Shown piece by piece: positions 60,578-64,000 of a stretch of DNA of 64,000 nt. The stretch spans positions 62,001 to 126,000 of the forward strand of contig NIVC01001940.1 of NCBI GenBank assembly GCA_002269645.1, read 5' to 3'. Each line of letters begins with the position of its first letter. The stretch's first letter is position 1. A program made the position numbers and the translations under genes. Under the pieces are notes generated by a model. That model was not told where the DNA came from. It saw only the letters and a program-made list of their open reading frames with translations, and made no database searches. The DNA comes from Macrostomum lignano. Lineage: Eukaryota.

Positions 60578-63500
60578 GGCGCCAAAATGAGTGCCTACGG
60601 CGCCAAAATGAGTGCCTGCGCTGCCAAAATGAGTGCCTGCGGCGCTAAAATAAATGCCTGCGGCGCCAAAATGAGTGCCTGGCTGTGGCGCCAAAATGAG
60701 TGCGTGCGCTGCCAAAATGAGTGCCTGCGGCGTCAAAATGAGTGCCTGCGGCGCTAAAATAAATGCCTGCGGCGCCAAAATGAGCGACTTGCTGCGGCGC
60801 CAAAATGAGTGCCTGCGGCGCCAAAATGAGTGCCTGGCTGTTGCGCCAAAATGAGTGCTTGCGGCGCCAAAATGAGTGGCTGCGGCGCCAAAATGAGTGC
60901 CTGCGGCGCTAAAATAAATGCCTGCGGCGCCAAAATGAGTGCCTGGCTGTGGCGCCAAAATGAGTGCGTGCGCTGCCAAAATGAGTGCCTGCGGCGCTAA
61001 AATAAATGCCTGCGGCGCCAAAATGAGCGACTTGCTGCGGCGCCAAAATGAGTGCCTGGCTGTTGCGCCAAAATGAGTGCTTGCGGCGCCAAAATGAGTG
61101 CCTGCGGCGCCAAAATGAGTGCCTAGCTGCGGCGCCAAAATGAGTGCCTGGCTGCGGCGCCAAAATGAGTGCCTGCGGCGCCAAAATGAGTGCCTGCGGC
61201 GCCAAAATGAGTGCCTGGCTGCGGCGCCAAAATGAGTGCCTGCGGCGCCAAAATGAGTGCCTGCGGCGCCAAAATGAGTGCCTGCGGCGCTAAAATGAGT
61301 GCCTGCGGCGCTAAAATGAGTGCCTTCGACGCTAAAATGAGTGCCTGCGGCGCCAAAATGATTGCCTTCGACGCCAAAATGAGTGCCTTCGACGCTAAAA
61401 TGAGTGCCTGCGGCGCCAAAACGAGTGCCTGCGGCGCCAAAATGAGTGCCTTCGACGCTAAAATGAGTGCCTGCGGCGCCAAAATGAGTGCCTGCGGCGC
61501 CAAAATGAGTGCCTGGCTGTGGCGCCAAAATGAGTGCTTGCGGCGCCAAAATGAGTGCCTGCGGCGCCAAAATGAGTGCCTGCGGCGCCAAAATGAGCGC
61601 CTGGCTGCGGCGCCAAAATGAGTGCCTGCGGCGCCAAAATGAGCGCCTGGCTGCGGCGCCAAAATGAGTGCCTGCGGCGCCAAAATGAGTGCCTGGCTGT
61701 TGCGCCAAAATGAGTGCTTGCGGCGCCAAAATGAGTGGCTGCGGCGCCAAAATGAGTGCCTGCGGCGCTAAAATAAATGCCTGCGGCGCCAAAATGAGTG
61801 CCTGGCTGTGGCGCCAAAATGAGTGCGTGCGCTGCCAAAATGAGTGCCTGCGGCGCTAAAATAAATGCCTGCGGCGCCAAAATGAGCGACTTGCTGCGGC
61901 GCCAAAATGAGTGCCTGCGGCGCCAAAATGAGTGCCTGGCTGTTGCGCCAAAATGAGTGCTTGCGGCGCCAAAATGAGTGCCTGCGGCGCCAAAATGAGT
62001 GCCTGGCTGCGGCGCCAAAATGAGTGCCTGCGGCGCCAAAATGAGTGCCTGCGGTGCCAAAATGAGTGCCTGGCTGCGGCGCCAAAATGAGTGCCTGCGG
62101 CGCCAAAATGAGTGCCTGCGGCGCCAAAATGAGTGCCTGCGGCGCTAAAATGAGTGCCTGCGGCGCTAAAATGAGTGCCTGCGGCGCTAAAATAAATGCC
62201 TGCGGCGCCAAAATGAGTGCCTGGCTGTGGCGCCAAAATGAGTGCCTGGCTGCGCAAAATGAGTGCCTGCGCGCCAAAATGAGTGCCTGCGGCGCTAAAA
62301 TAAATGCCTGCGGCGCCAAAATGAGCGACTTGCTGCGGCGCCAAAATGAGTGCCTGCGGCGCCAAAATGAGTGCCTGCGGCGCCAAAATGAGTGCTTGCG
62401 GCGCCAAAATGAGTGCCTGCGGCGCCAAAATGAGTGCCTAGCTGCGGCGCCAAAATGAGTGCCTGGCTGCGGCGCCAAAATGAGTGCCTGCGGCGCCAAA
62501 ATGAGTGCCTGCGGCGCCAAAATGAGTGCCTGGCTGCGGCGCCAAAATGAGTGCCTGCGGCGCCAAAATGAGTGCCTGCGGCGCAAAATGAGTGCCTGCG
62601 GCGCCAAAATGAGTGCCTGCGGCGCTAAAATGAGTGCCTGCGGCGCCAAAATGAGCGCTGCGGCGCCAAAATGAGTGCCTGCGGCGCCAAAATGAGTGCC
62701 TGCGGCGCCAAAATGAGTGCCTGCGGCGCCAAAATGAGTGCCTGCGGCGCCAAAATGAGTGCCTGCGGCGCCAAAATGAGTGCCTGCGGCGCCAAAATGA
62801 GTGCCTGGCTGTGCGCCAAAATGAGTGCTGCGGCGCCAAAATGAGTGCCTGCGGCGCCAAAATGAGTGCCTGCGGCGCCAAAATGAGCGCCTGCTGCGGC
62901 GCCAAAATGAGTGCCTGCGGCGCCAAAATGAGTGCCTGGCTGCGGCGCCAAAATGAGTGCCTGCGGCGCCAAAATGAGTGCCTGCGGCGCCAAAATGAGT
63001 GCCTTGCGGCGCCAAAATGAGTGCCTGCGGCGCCAAAATGAGTGCCTGCGGCGCTAAAATAGTGCCTGCGGCGCCAAAATGAGTGCCTGCGTGCGCCAAA
63101 ATGAGTGCGTGCGGCTGCCAAAATGAGTGCCTGCGGCGCTAAAATGAGTGCCTGCGGCGCCAAAATGAGTGCTGCGGCGCCAAAATGAGTGCCTGCGGCG
63201 CCAAAATGAGTGCCTGGCTGTGCGCCAAAATGAGTGCTGCGGCGCCAAAATGAGTGCCTGCGGCGCCAAAATGAGTGCCTGCTGCGCGCCAAAATGAGTG
63301 CCTGCGGCGCCAAAATGAGTGCCTGCGGCGCCAAAATGAGTGCCTGGCTGGCGCCAAAATGAGTGCCTGCGGCGCCAAAATGAGTGCCTGCGGCGCCAAA
63401 ATGAGTGCCTGCGGCGCCAAAATGAGTGCCTGCGGCGCCAAAATGAGTGCCTGCGGCGCCAAAATGAGTGCCTGCGGCGCCAAAATGAGTGCCTGCGGCG

Positions 63501-64000
63501 CCAAAATGAGTGCCTGCGACGCCAAAATGAGTGCCTGCGGCGCCAAAATGAGTGCCTGCGGCGCCAAAATGAGTGCCTTCGACGCTAAAATGAGTGCCTG
63601 CGGCGCCAAAATGATGCCTTCGACGCCAAAATGAGTGCCTTCGACGCTAAAATGAGTGCCTGCGGCGCCAAAACGAGTGCCTGCGGCGCCAAAATGACGC
63701 TAAAATGAGTGCCTGCGGCGCCAAAATGAGTGCCTGCGGCGCCAAAATGAGTGCCTGCGGCGCCAAAATGAGTGCCTTCGCGCCAAAATGAGTGCCTGCG
63801 GCGCCAAAATGAGTGCCTGCGGCGCCAAAATGAGTGCCTGGCTGGGCGCCAAAATGAGTGCCTGCGGCGCCAAAATGAGTGCCTGCGGCGCCAAAATGAG
63901 TGCCTGCGGCGCCAAAATGAGCGCCTGCTGCGGCGCCAAAATGAGTGCCTGCGGCGCCAAAATGAGTGCCTGCTGCGGCGCCAAAATGAGTGCCTGCGGC
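60578..64000. repeat. 21-bp satellite GGCGCCAAAATGAGTGCCTGC with higher-order variant blocks, running off the window end
   Basis: Direct periodicity; variant block containing GGCGCTAAAATAAATGCC recurs near 60640, 60900, 61760 and 62180. Confidence 0.97.

Overview
Eukaryotic (animal) genomic DNA, not prokaryotic: no operons, CRISPR arrays, rRNA or intact tRNA genes were found. Three host genes can be reconstructed. (1) An 8-exon nicotinic acetylcholine receptor alpha-type subunit on the minus strand (19460->4427). (2) A 10-exon Brahma/SMARCA2-4 SWI/SNF ATPase on the minus strand (39050->21529) with one apparent 1-nt frameshift. (3) An intronless-CDS class A GPCR on the plus strand (51915-52901). 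The rest is mobile DNA and tandem repeats: a full-length LOA/R1-group LINE with a TSD, an intact mariner, degenerate I-group and RTE LINEs, a degenerate piggyBac, two CORE-type tRNA SINEs, two copies of an 8-bp-TSD MITE, an orphan non-coding retro-like insert, and more than 20 unrelated micro/minisatellite arrays. The most striking organisational feature is that 13 of the 16 coding introns carry their own private tandem array. Most long ORFs in the supplied track are artefacts of these arrays. GC-rich codons, GTGAG donors and minisatellite-packed introns suggest a Macrostomum-like flatworm, but that is inference only. All coordinates and alignments were read by eye; array boundaries are approximate.
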